The position numbers and the translations under genes are program-made. Shown here one piece after another: positions 1 through 8,829 of a stretch of DNA of 48,448 nt. The stretch's first letter is position 1; the number at the start of each line of letters is the position of its first letter. The stretch lies in the NCBI GenBank assembly GCA_045618065.1, contig JAZLJU010000026.1:1-48448 (forward strand), given 5' to 3'. A model generated the notes under the pieces. It saw only the letters and a list, made by a program, of their open reading frames with translations, did not search any database and was not told where the DNA came from. Origin of the DNA: Candidatus Nanosyncoccus sp. GTDB taxonomy: Bacteria > Patescibacteriota > Saccharimonadia > Saccharimonadales > Saccharimonadaceae.

Positions 1-98
1 GTCTTTTGCGATTTTTTTTGTATCATAAGTAGCCCTACGCAACCCACAAAAAGTAGCAGAATCACTACCCACGCCATAAATACATTACGCTTCTTCAT
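1..98 (-). CDS. partial (5' end) secreted/membrane protein, runs off window
   Basis: ATG at 98 gives MKKRNVFMAWVVILLLFVGCVGLLMIQKKSQK (basic N-terminus plus hydrophobic helix); TGCTAAAAT 6 nt upstream. Confidence 0.6.
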   Translation of the reverse strand, partial: MKKRNVFMAWVVILLLFVGCVGLLMIQKKSQK

Positions 99-174
99 AT
101 TTTTATTTTAGCATACATTTTTAAAAATCAAAAAACCTCCGATCCGTGCTGGAATTAGAGGTTTTCATTATTTA

Positions 175-756
175 TTAAACAGCATCAGCATAAACTACCA
201 AACGATGCGAGGCATCCCCATTACCATAAGAAGTCCCAGTACAAGTCATCATCGCTATAGAATGACCCATCGCAGTATATACAATATCGCCCATCAGATA
301 CATATTGCTGTTTAAATAACCATCCGCAGTTTTTTCATAAACCACTTTTTCGGCCACGCGATAAGAAGTCACCACGCCATTTTCAGTCACAGTAAAAACC
401 TCGCCGTTAGAAATGCCGCTTAGATTACCAAAAAGGCTGGCTGAATTATGTGCATACAAAAGTTTACCCGTTTTACAAATACTGTTACCACAATCCATAA
501 CAATACTACCGCTAAACACCGAAACGGTGTAATTTTTAGTCTGCACCACCGGTGCTGCCGTCCTCGCACCAGCAGTTGGTGCCTTTGCGGCCTTCACAAC
601 CTCTGGTTCGACTTTTTTCTCAATAATCGGCACAGTTTCGGTTATTTTATTGTGATTTAGATCCGCCAAATCCACATCATTTGCTGCCATTAAAACAGCT
701 GGCGACAAAATTGCCCCTATAATACTAAAAATTGAGACTAAAAAAAATCTTCTCAC
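175..756 (-). CDS. sortase-like protein (class F-like)
   Basis: signal peptide; His (YAHN), MMTC and downstream Arg (SHRLVV) match the sortase H-C-R triad. Confidence 0.75.
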   Translation of the reverse strand: MRRFFLVSIFSIIGAILSPAVLMAANDVDLADLNHNKITETVPIIEKKVEPEVVKAAKAPTAGARTAAPVVQTKNYTVSVFSGSIVMDCGNSICKTGKLLYAHNSASLFGNLSGISNGEVFTVTENGVVTSYRVAEKVVYEKTADGYLNSNMYLMGDIVYTAMGHSIAMMTCTGTSYGNGDASHRLVVYADAV

Positions 757-788
757 TTTAAACTCCCATTTATCACCCCTATATCTCC

Positions 789-817
789 ATTATACCACAG
801 ATTAGCTTTTTTGTCAA
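789..817 (-). promoter_or_regulatory. sigma70 promoter of the sortase gene
   Basis: minus strand TTGACA (817-812), 17 nt spacer, TGG-TATAAT (794-789). Confidence 0.75.
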
Positions 818-834
818 GATTATTAGGTGATAGA

Positions 835-944
835 GAAAGTAAAAACCCTTTTGAGGGACATATGCGACGACGGGAGCATACGCAGCGAGGAGCCCCGTAA
901 CGACGGGCGCGACGAAGCGTCCCGAAAAAGCGGTTTTTGCTTTC
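835..944 (+). repeat. structured palindromic element copy E1 (intergenic)
   Basis: terminal stem gaaagtaaaaacc-cttttGAgggac / gtcccGAaaaag-c-ggtttttgctttc; core shares gggagc and gagccccgtaacgacgggcgcga with E3. Confidence 0.85.
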
Positions 945-978
945 CCGAATTATGCTATAATAGATAAAAAGGAGGAAA

Positions 979-1944
979 GTGAGCAAATTTGATGACCAAT
1001 ACATTGATTTATGCAAGCGTATCTTAACGCAAGGCGAAAAGATTACCAACTACAAAAAAACTGACGAGCGTAGCGCTAGTGTTTCTTCTGCTATCCCAGA
1101 TCATACTGCCCAAGCCACCTCTGGTTCGCGAACTATCCGCCTACCACATCAAGTCCTACAATTCGATTTATCCGAAGAATTCCCCATCCTCACCTCTAAA
1201 AAAGTTGCTTTTAAAACTGCTGTTTTAGAGATTCTCTGGATTTATCAAGTCGCCTCCAACGATGTTCGCTGGTTAAAAGACCGTAATATTAAAATTTGGG
1301 ACGAATGGCGCATCGCCGAAGATGGTACTTATCAGGAAAAAAATATCAATCAAATTTTCGCCACCAATCACCCCAATGAGCCATTTGAAGATTTTGCGCA
1401 TACTATTGGCACAGCCTATGGGTGGATTGTTAAAAAATATCACTTAATCGAAAATTTAATTGAAACACTGAAGAAAAACCCCGGTAATCGCCGCATGGTC
1501 TTATCTCTCTGGCAAAATGAGTGGCTAGAAACCGCCGCTCTACCTAGCTGTGTTTGGAATTCCCAATGGAATCTCATTGATGGTCGTCTCAATCTACTAG
1601 TCACTTCTCGTTCCTCTGACGTACCTCTAGGTTTACCTTTCAATGTAGTGCAATATGCTGTTTTATGCCATTTAATAGCTCAATCTATTGGGGCCAAACC
1701 AGGTCAATTTACTTTTATTACTAACGACGCCCATATTTACGAAAACCAAATCGACGGCATTAAAGAACAAATTTTCCGCTATGACGAAGCCAAAAAATCC
1801 GGTACCCTACCGAAAACGCCAAAATTATGGCTTAATCCAGAAATTAAAGATTTTTACGCTTTCGACAACTCTAAAGAGCTTAAAGATATCAAATTAGAAA
1901 ATTATCAACATTTAGGCGCTATCAAAATGCCAGTTACGGAGTAA
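979..1944 (+). CDS. thyA: thymidylate synthase
   Basis: FPILT, ALPSC active-site motif, RSSDVPLGLPFN, DAHIYENQ; GTG start with GGAGG SD. Confidence 0.96.
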   Translation: MSKFDDQYIDLCKRILTQGEKITNYKKTDERSASVSSAIPDHTAQATSGSRTIRLPHQVLQFDLSEEFPILTSKKVAFKTAVLEILWIYQVASNDVRWLKDRNIKIWDEWRIAEDGTYQEKNINQIFATNHPNEPFEDFAHTIGTAYGWIVKKYHLIENLIETLKKNPGNRRMVLSLWQNEWLETAALPSCVWNSQWNLIDGRLNLLVTSRSSDVPLGLPFNVVQYAVLCHLIAQSIGAKPGQFTFITNDAHIYENQIDGIKEQIFRYDEAKKSGTLPKTPKLWLNPEIKDFYAFDNSKELKDIKLENYQHLGAIKMPVTE

Positions 1945-1945
1945 A

Positions 1946-2422
1946 ATGAGTTTCAGTATTATTGCCTGTATTGGAAAAAATCACGAATTAGGGTTAAAAA
2001 ACGACCTAGTTTTTCACATTAAGCGCGATATGCAATTTTTCCGCCAAACTACGCTAAATCATTCTGTTGTCATGGGATTAAACACCTTTAAAAGCCTCCC
2101 AAACGGGGCACTAAAAAATCGCAAAAACTATGTTATCACCTCTCACCCAGAACTTTTGCCAGAAAATATTGAGCCAATTACCAATTTGAACGCTTTTATC
2201 AAAAATCACCCAAGTGAGGAAATTTTTGTCATTGGCGGCGCAACAATTTACAAAGAATTTTTGCCTTTTTCTGATAAATTATACCTAACAGAAGTTGACA
2301 AAACCACCACCGCTGACGTCTTTTTCCCTAATTTCGACAAAGAAAAATATGATAAAATGATTTTAGAAGAGGGAGAAGAAAATGGAATAAAATTCACCAT
2401 TTCTAAATATATCATTAAATAG
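1946..2422 (+). CDS. folA: dihydrofolate reductase
   Basis: VVMGLNTFKSLP, LKNRKNYVIT, FVIGGATIY, ADVFFP; directly after thyA. Confidence 0.95.
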   Translation: MSFSIIACIGKNHELGLKNDLVFHIKRDMQFFRQTTLNHSVVMGLNTFKSLPNGALKNRKNYVITSHPELLPENIEPITNLNAFIKNHPSEEIFVIGGATIYKEFLPFSDKLYLTEVDKTTTADVFFPNFDKEKYDKMILEEGEENGIKFTISKYIIK

Positions 2423-2430
2423 GAGAAGAA

Positions 2431-3795
2431 ATGGATACAATTTTTAATTTAATTAACGAAGAAAAAAACCGCCAATCAGAGGGCCTAGAGTTAATTCCTA
2501 GCGAAAACTACGTTTCAAAAGAGGTTTTGCAAGCTATGGGCTCAATTTTAACTAATAAATATTCCGAGGGTTACCCAAGTTTTGAAGGTATCGGCTGTGA
2601 TTCTACAGAGTGGGACGAAACTGAAATTGCTGAAAAAATCCTACCGAACTACCGCTATTACGGCGGACAAACCAACATTGACCGCATTGAACGCTTAGCT
2701 ATTGATCGCGCTTGCCGCTTATTCGGCGCCGACCACGCCAACGTTCAGCCGCACTCTGGTGCCAATGCTAACGAAGCCGTCTATTTTGCCTGGTGCGAAC
2801 CGGGCGACAAAATTTTAGGCATGTCCCTGCCGGCTGGTGGCCATCTTACTCATGGCTCACCAGTCACACGCTCTGCTAAAATTTATAATTTTATATCTTA
2901 TGGCGTTACCGAAGATGGCGATATTAATTATGAAGAATTAGAGAAAAAAGCATTAGAAGAACAGCCAAGAATCATTCTAGTTGGCTATTCTGCCTTTATG
3001 AAAATTCCAGATTTTGCTCGTATCGCTAAAATCGGTGCATTAATCCCTAACTGTCTACTTATGGCCGATATGGCTCATGTTGCTGGCCTAATTGCTGGCG
3101 GAGTCCACCCTAATCCTCTAGAATTTGGCTTTCACGTCATGACTACTACCACGCATAAAACTTTGCGCGGCCCTCGAGGCGGACTAATCCTATCAAATGG
3201 GAATATTGCTTCCCCTCTTAAAAAACCCGAAAAAACTCTAGAAAATATCCCTATTTTAATCGACCGCGCAGTTTTCCCAGGTACACAAGGTGGCCCTTTA
3301 GAGCACGTCATAGCCGCTAAGGCTGTAGCTTTCAGTGAAGCTTTAAAGCCAGAATTCAAAACTTACGCCAAAAATATCGTAGAAAATGCCAAAGTTCTAG
3401 CCACAGAATTACAGAATCTAGGCTTCATTTTACAGGGCAACGGCACTAAAAACCACTTGATTCTAGCAGATATAGAAAAAAGTTTCGGTTTCGATGGTAA
3501 ATTTTATGAAAACGCTCTAGATATGGTTGGTCTAACGCTCAATGCCAATTCCCTCCCTAGAGAAAAGATTGCCGCCTTCCGTCCATCGGGAGTCAGATTA
3601 GGAACACCAGCTATTACTACGCGCGGACTCGGCCCTAAAGAAATGAAACTCCTCGCTCACTGGATGAAACAAGTCGCCGATATCTGTAAAAAAGCTAAGA
3701 ACGAAGAAAATCTTGCAAATTATCAAGAGGAACTTGATAAAATCCACAACGAAGTAAAAGACCTCGCTTCAAAATTCCCTATTCCAAGCGTCTAA
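2431..3795 (+). CDS. glyA: serine hydroxymethyltransferase
   Basis: LIPSENY, NKYSEGYP, NVQPHSG, GGHLTHG, TTTTHKTLRGPRGG. Confidence 0.97.
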   Translation: MDTIFNLINEEKNRQSEGLELIPSENYVSKEVLQAMGSILTNKYSEGYPSFEGIGCDSTEWDETEIAEKILPNYRYYGGQTNIDRIERLAIDRACRLFGADHANVQPHSGANANEAVYFAWCEPGDKILGMSLPAGGHLTHGSPVTRSAKIYNFISYGVTEDGDINYEELEKKALEEQPRIILVGYSAFMKIPDFARIAKIGALIPNCLLMADMAHVAGLIAGGVHPNPLEFGFHVMTTTTHKTLRGPRGGLILSNGNIASPLKKPEKTLENIPILIDRAVFPGTQGGPLEHVIAAKAVAFSEALKPEFKTYAKNIVENAKVLATELQNLGFILQGNGTKNHLILADIEKSFGFDGKFYENALDMVGLTLNANSLPREKIAAFRPSGVRLGTPAITTRGLGPKEMKLLAHWMKQVADICKKAKNEENLANYQEELDKIHNEVKDLASKFPIPSV

Positions 3796-3835
3796 AATTG
3801 TATTTTTATACCGCCCGTGATATAATAACAGTAAT

Positions 3836-3911
3836 GGGGCGTTAGCTCAGCTGATAGAGCGCGGCATTCGCATTGCCGAGGTCGCGGGTTTGATTCCCGC
3901 ACGCTCCACCA
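3836..3911 (+). tRNA. tRNA-Ala (anticodon CGC)
   Basis: cloverleaf GGGGCGT/ACGCTCC with G3.U70, anticodon loop TTCGCAT, encoded CCA. Confidence 0.93.
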
Positions 3912-3992
3912 TTTTTTTGCTTTTTTATAAAAAATATGGTATAATGTAAAAAATACTAGTTCTTTAACAGAAAAAAAGGGGGGTAAGAAAAA

Positions 3993-4589
3993 ATGTCAAA
4001 GAAGAAGACAAATGAGGAAATGATTATAATCCTCAAGAAAAAAATAGTGGAATTAGGGCATATTCCTACTATGCTAGAAGCTGATTGCGAAAATCTTTCG
4101 CCGAGATCAGCTGTTTTTGTGAAACGATTTGGCAGTTGGAATAAAGCCATCGAAGCCACTGGCATAACATTTCCTGACGATGATAAAAATTGTTGGGATA
4201 AAAAATCCATTACAGATGGGTTAGTTCGTCTTACAAAATACGACGAGCATGTCCCTAGTAAGAAGGAAATAAATAAATGTAATTATTTACCTTCTTACGC
4301 AATAGTGATAGAAGTCTTCGGATCGATAGAGGCAGCTTTTATTGCGGCCGGCATCAAACGAAGACCCTGTACTAAATCAGAAGTGACTACAGCATTAATT
4401 AGCTACTTCGAAGAAACTGGGCAGGTCCCAACAATAGTGGATGCTCGTTGTAACAAAGCTTTACCATCCTATGCTATAACAGTAAAGCTATTCGGTGGAT
4501 GGAATAAAGCCATCGAGGCTGCCGGATTACCAGTTAACAAACCTGGTTATCCTATCAGATATTATCCAAAGAACGCAAAAAAAGGATAA
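3993..4589 (+). CDS. protein made of three homing-endonuclease-associated repeats (putative DNA-binding), no nuclease domain seen
   Basis: three units with the pattern 'PT/PS...LPS...FGSWNKAIEAAG'. Confidence 0.7.
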   Translation: MSKKKTNEEMIIILKKKIVELGHIPTMLEADCENLSPRSAVFVKRFGSWNKAIEATGITFPDDDKNCWDKKSITDGLVRLTKYDEHVPSKKEINKCNYLPSYAIVIEVFGSIEAAFIAAGIKRRPCTKSEVTTALISYFEETGQVPTIVDARCNKALPSYAITVKLFGGWNKAIEAAGLPVNKPGYPIRYYPKNAKKG

Positions 4590-4657
4590 ATAGAGCCAGA
4601 GGGAACCCTCTGGCTTATTTTCTGTCACAAAAAATAACCCCCTAAGGGGTTATTTTT
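4588..4657. terminator. two adjacent hairpins between convergent genes (intrinsic terminators)
   Basis: agccagagg-gaac-cctctggct followed by T run; aaaaataacccc-ctaa-ggggttattttt. Confidence 0.75.
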
Positions 4658-5057
4658 AACGTTTGCTGAACTGCTCACGTTTACGAGCCGAACGCAAACC
4701 GTATTTTTTGCGTTCCTTCTCACGTGGATCACGTTTAATCATACCAGCCTTCTTAAGAACTGGTCGCAAATCTGAAGCTTCAGTTACTAAAGCTTTAGAA
4801 ATTGCAAGTTTGATCGCATCAACTTGACCAGCTAAACCACCACCTTTCACAAGAATAGTAATGTCATATTCCTTTTGTTTATTAGCTAGTGCTAATGGAT
4901 CAGTAATTTCTGCTAAGTAGGTCTTATTACCAGATAAATATTCCAAAGCTGGCTTATCGTTAATGGTAATTTCACCCTTACCCTTATACAAACGAGCGGT
5001 TGCTGTAGCGGTTTTGCGACGACCTAAACCGTATGTATATTTCTTTGCTGTAGCCAT
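4656..5057 (-). CDS. rpsI: 30S ribosomal protein S9
   Basis: GRRKTATA, GGGLAGQ, ERKKYGL, QFSKR. Confidence 0.98.
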   Translation of the reverse strand: MATAKKYTYGLGRRKTATATARLYKGKGEITINDKPALEYLSGNKTYLAEITDPLALANKQKEYDITILVKGGGLAGQVDAIKLAISKALVTEASDLRPVLKKAGMIKRDPREKERKKYGLRSARKREQFSKR

Positions 5058-5482
5058 TATTTAATCTCCTTTGGGGATTGAGCTGTATGTGTATGCTCCG
5101 ACCCTGCAAACACCCTGAGTCTTTCCAAACGATCTGCTGCCAATTTATTTTTCGGCATCATTCCCTTTACAGCCTCGCGAATTACACGCGCTGGATCTTT
5201 TTCCAAGACTTCTTCTAGCTTTAATTCCTTAATTCCACCAGGATAACCGCTATGACGATAGTATTTTTTCTGCACCATCTTATCACCAGTCACCATTATA
5301 TTTTTAGCGTTAACCACTACTACATAGTCACCGTTATCGATATGTGGAGTATAAGTAACTTTGGACTTACCCATTAATTTATCAGCAATTACAACTGCCA
5401 ATTTACCAAGTGGCATAGTTTGCGCATCAATTACCCACCATTCACGCTTAATTTCTGCGCTTTTTTGAGAATAAGTTTTCAT
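5057..5482 (-). CDS. rplM: 50S ribosomal protein L13
   Basis: WWVIDA, YTPHIDNGDYVVVVNA, HSGYPGG. Confidence 0.98.
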   Translation of the reverse strand: MKTYSQKSAEIKREWWVIDAQTMPLGKLAVVIADKLMGKSKVTYTPHIDNGDYVVVVNAKNIMVTGDKMVQKKYYRHSGYPGGIKELKLEEVLEKDPARVIREAVKGMMPKNKLAADRLERLRVFAGSEHTHTAQSPKEIK

Positions 5483-5877
5483 TATTTATCCTCCTTTTTT
5501 GAAGTATCGACATCTAAATTAATCTCGTCGACAAAGCTAATCGTGCCCATTTCGGCATTATCGCCGCGACGATAGCCAGAATGCTCAATACGTAAATATC
5601 CCGAATCGCGTTTGATTTGTGGTGCGATCACGTCAATTAGCAAACGTGCAGCTTCCAAATCATTCAAACGGGCAATGATTAAACGACGATTAGCTAAACC
5701 TCCCTTACGAGCCAAAGTAATCAACTTCTCTGTCGAACGACGAATTTCTTTAGCGCGTGCAAGAGTAGTATTAATAGATTGATATTTAATGAGGGAGCAC
5801 ATCAGCCCACGAGTAAGTGCCAACCTCTGATCTGTTTCTCGGCCGAATTTGCGACCTTTATATCCGTGGCGATGCAT
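5482..5877 (-). CDS. rplQ: 50S ribosomal protein L17
   Basis: MHRHG..RKFGR, TTLARAKE, RRGDNAEM; follows rpoA. Confidence 0.97.
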   Translation of the reverse strand: MHRHGYKGRKFGRETDQRLALTRGLMCSLIKYQSINTTLARAKEIRRSTEKLITLARKGGLANRRLIIARLNDLEAARLLIDVIAPQIKRDSGYLRIEHSGYRRGDNAEMGTISFVDEINLDVDTSKKEDK

Positions 5878-5878
5878 T

Positions 5879-6829
5879 TTAAAAATTTAACTCCGTTAAC
5901 TTTTCTTTTACTTCGTCTAACGCTTTTTGACCAAAACCTTTGAGTTCTTTAAGATCGGTCTCAGAAAGAGTAATTAAATCTCTTACGGTCTTAATATCAT
6001 TATTAAGAAGCGCGTTAGCCGTACGAGCCGACAAATCTAATTCTTCAATTGAAAGCATTAAACCTGGGTCGTTTTCTTCTTCATTAGCACCTGGCGCTGG
6101 ACTAGATTCGACCTTAGTACTGCCAGCAAGCGCTGTATATTGATTTACTAAAATTGCCGCAGCCTCTTCAAAGGCATCCTTCGGGGTAATAGTACCATCA
6201 GTGTCTATCGTTAAAGTCAATTGTTGCAAATTAGTATCTTGCCCGACACGAGTATTTTCTACCTTATAGCGAACTCGAAGAACTGGAGTAAATACCGCAT
6301 CGATTGCAATCATATCGCTATGTAGTCTATCTGCCGCAGCTTGTTCAATAGTCAAATAACCACGACCAGATTCCACTACGAAGTGCATCTTAAGCACATA
6401 CTTTGGATCGTCAATGTGGCAAATTACTTGATTAGGGTTTGCGATTTCAACTTCTGCTGGAAGTTTAATATCGCCAGCTACCACGCGCTTGTCGCCATCT
6501 TTTTCAGATTGCTTATCACCCTTCATCTCTAAGTCCAACTCTACTGGTGCATCTGTATGAACCTTGAAACGAATATTTTTCAAATTCAGGATCATGTCCA
6601 CCACATCTTCACGTACACCAGGAATGGAAGTAAACTCATGTGTAGCACCTTCAATTGAAAAAGCAGTAATTGCAGCACCCTTAACGCTAGAAAGCAACAC
6701 GCGTCGGAGAGAATTGCCCAAAGTGTTACCATAGCCAGGATAAAGTGGCTTAATTACAAACTCAGCACTTGTTTTGCTAAGTTCTTTCACATTATCTAAT
6801 TTTGCTTCATGAATATTTTTTGTTGTCAT
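5879..6829 (-). CDS. rpoA: RNA polymerase alpha subunit
   Basis: GYGNTLGNSLRRVLLS, HEFTSIPGVREDV, LSARTANAL. Confidence 0.98.
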   Translation of the reverse strand: MTTKNIHEAKLDNVKELSKTSAEFVIKPLYPGYGNTLGNSLRRVLLSSVKGAAITAFSIEGATHEFTSIPGVREDVVDMILNLKNIRFKVHTDAPVELDLEMKGDKQSEKDGDKRVVAGDIKLPAEVEIANPNQVICHIDDPKYVLKMHFVVESGRGYLTIEQAAADRLHSDMIAIDAVFTPVLRVRYKVENTRVGQDTNLQQLTLTIDTDGTITPKDAFEEAAAILVNQYTALAGSTKVESSPAPGANEEENDPGLMLSIEELDLSARTANALLNNDIKTVRDLITLSETDLKELKGFGQKALDEVKEKLTELNF

Positions 6830-6840
6830 ATTCTTTCTCC

Positions 6841-7458
6841 TTAGCGTGAGTAATACTCAACGATTAATTGTTCGTTAATGCCAGCTTCTGCTTCTTCGCG
6901 TTTAGGAAGACCAGTCGCTTCGATTTTCATTTTCTTCGCATCGACCTTTAACCATGAAAGCGCCGTTTGATTTGCTGCTCCGATTACGTTTGGAAGATTT
7001 TTGAAATATTCTGTTTTAGCGGATTTAGGACGAACTTCCAAAACATCACCCGGGTTCAAACGAATCGATGGAATATCAACTCGATGACCATTTAATAGAA
7101 AATGTCCATGCGATACCAATTGTCTTGCTTGACGACGAGTCAAAGCAAAACCAGCACGATAAATCACGTTGTCTGCTCTGCGTTCCAAAAACTCTAAGAG
7201 TTTTTCACCTGTCAAGCCTTCAGCTTTTTGTGCTTCAGCCATCAACTTTGCAAATTGTTTTTCTAGTAAGCCATACATGCGGCGCACTTTTTGCTTTTCG
7301 CGAAGCTGCGTCAAATATAGACTGCCGCCGCGCACGCGCATACCGCTATGTTCACCTGGAATACCAGATTTTTTCGCCATCACTTTGTGGGCTTTTGGCG
7401 CTAATGCCACGCCCTCACGACGGCTTTGTTTTACGATTGGAGAATGATCCCTAGCCAT
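6841..7458 (-). CDS. rpsD: 30S ribosomal protein S4
   Basis: QLREKQK, LERRADN, ARQLVSHGH, IVEYYSR. Confidence 0.98.
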   Translation of the reverse strand: MARDHSPIVKQSRREGVALAPKAHKVMAKKSGIPGEHSGMRVRGGSLYLTQLREKQKVRRMYGLLEKQFAKLMAEAQKAEGLTGEKLLEFLERRADNVIYRAGFALTRRQARQLVSHGHFLLNGHRVDIPSIRLNPGDVLEVRPKSAKTEYFKNLPNVIGAANQTALSWLKVDAKKMKIEATGLPKREEAEAGINEQLIVEYYSR

Positions 7459-7895
7459 TATGGTTTCCTTTCTCCCTTCGGTCGCACACCACCATGTGCA
7501 ATCGGGGTTACATCTGTAATACTATCAATTTTAATACCTACTGTAGAAATTGCTCGTACCGCTGCATCACGCCCTAAGCCGATGCCTTTAACAAAAACAT
7601 CGACCGAATTTAGAGAATGATTCTTTTTTGCATATTCAAGAGCTTTTTCTGCTGCTACGCCAGCCGCAAAAGCGGTGCCTTTTTTAGACCCACGAAAACC
7701 ATTTGCGCCCGCGCTAGATGCCGACAAAACTCCACCATTTCTATCAGACACCGTAACAATAGTATTATTGAAGGTAGCCTGGATATGGACTTGCCCAGCA
7801 TTAACGATGCGTTTAGCTTTCTTGCCTTTTTTAGCTTTTGGTGCTGCGACTTCAGTAGTTTCCACTGCAGTATTTTTAATTTCTTCCTCTGCCAT
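7458..7895 (-). CDS. rpsK: 30S ribosomal protein S11
   Basis: HIQATFNNTIVT, GFRGSKKGT, DVTPIAHGG. Confidence 0.98.
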   Translation of the reverse strand: MAEEEIKNTAVETTEVAAPKAKKGKKAKRIVNAGQVHIQATFNNTIVTVSDRNGGVLSASSAGANGFRGSKKGTAFAAGVAAEKALEYAKKNHSLNSVDVFVKGIGLGRDAAVRAISTVGIKIDSITDVTPIAHGGVRPKGERKP

Positions 7896-7904
7896 ATTAT
7901 CTCC

Positions 7905-8291
7905 TTAAGTCTTGCTCGCTGCTTTAGGTTGTGCACCACCGACCGCGATCGCCTTACCCTTACGTGTACGTGCATTCGTACGAGTACGTTGGCCGTTGAC
8001 TGGTAATTTAGCCTTGTGGCGCATTCCTTTGTAGGAATTAATATCCTTTATACGTTTAATATTATTGCTCACGAGACGTCGTAAATCACCCTCAACGCGA
8101 TATTTCTTGGAAATAATATCGTTAAGTTTTTGTTCGTCAGCCTCGGTGAGATCTTTCACCCGAGTGGTAGGCTCGATTTTAGCCTCCGCAAGGATGGCTT
8201 TTGAAGTTGTTCGACCAATTCCGTAAATATAAGTCAGTGCAATCCAGACTTGTTTATCGGAAGGTATTACAACACTAGCTATTCTAGCCAT
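7905..8291 (-). CDS. rpsM: 30S ribosomal protein S13
   Basis: [26 protein letters not shown]. Confidence 0.98.
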   Translation of the reverse strand: MARIASVVIPSDKQVWIALTYIYGIGRTTSKAILAEAKIEPTTRVKDLTEADEQKLNDIISKKYRVEGDLRRLVSNNIKRIKDINSYKGMRHKAKLPVNGQRTRTNARTRKGKAIAVGGAQPKAASKT

Positions 8292-8294
8292 ATT

Positions 8295-8411
8295 TTAACC
8301 CTGCCTTTGCTTATTTTTAGGTTTTTTCTTATTGATAACTCTTAGCACACCTTTACGGCGAACCAAAATGTCATCAGGCGAGATTTTCTTAACACTAGCA
8401 CGTACTTTCAT
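8295..8411 (-). CDS. rpmJ: 50S ribosomal protein L36 (Cys-free); not in ORF track
   Basis: manual translation [38 protein letters not shown]; canonical position between infA and rpsM. Confidence 0.95.
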   Translation of the reverse strand: MKVRASVKKISPDDILVRRKGVLRVINKKKPKNKQRQG

Positions 8412-8552
8412 GTGTTAAAATTATCCTTTCCTATTATGGATTTTAGTTTTTAGAATATAACTTTACGTTTTAAAAACATAAAATCATATTTTTCCGATTT
8501 TTACCTCTGTTATTTCTAACGCGTAAAAATCTTAACTAAAACCCCGTTAATA

Positions 8553-8777
8553 TTAATCTTTGAGTCGGAAACTGATTCTGCCCTTTGTAAGATCGTAAGG
8601 GGTTAACTCAACCTCGACTCTGTCGCCCGGAACCAAGCGAATATAGTTCTTTCGCATGCGTCCGCTCATGTGGGCAACAATAATATGACCATTCTCGAGT
8701 TCAACCCGAAATTGGGTATTCGGTAGAGCCTCAACAACACTACCTGTGAGCTTAATCACTTCCTTTTGACTAGCCAT
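8553..8777 (-). CDS. infA: translation initiation factor IF-1
   Basis: [34 protein letters not shown]. Confidence 0.98.
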   Translation of the reverse strand: MASQKEVIKLTGSVVEALPNTQFRVELENGHIIVAHMSGRMRKNYIRLVPGDRVEVELTPYDLTKGRISFRLKD

Positions 8778-8829
8778 AAATTACCTTTTCATTTTACCAT
8801 AGTCTTTTCGTGTTGTAAAGACTTTTATT

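Noticed and set aside
835-944. E1 as a THF/folate riboswitch for thyA-folA-glyA
   Set aside because: It lies upstream of the thyA -10 box and homologous copies occur inside leuS.
753-1049. 98-aa minus-strand ORF
   Set aside because: Overlaps the thyA start, both promoters and element E1; no recognisable protein features.
2595-2622. Hammerhead-like words (ctgtga...cgaaac) in the glyA insertion
   Set aside because: Core lacks CUGANGA and stems I/III cannot be formed convincingly.
8412-8552. AT-rich infA-rpmJ spacer as an ncRNA or a fourth GATTTTGGGG site
   Set aside because: Only aacccc matches, there is no canonical -10 at the expected distance, and no convincing structure.
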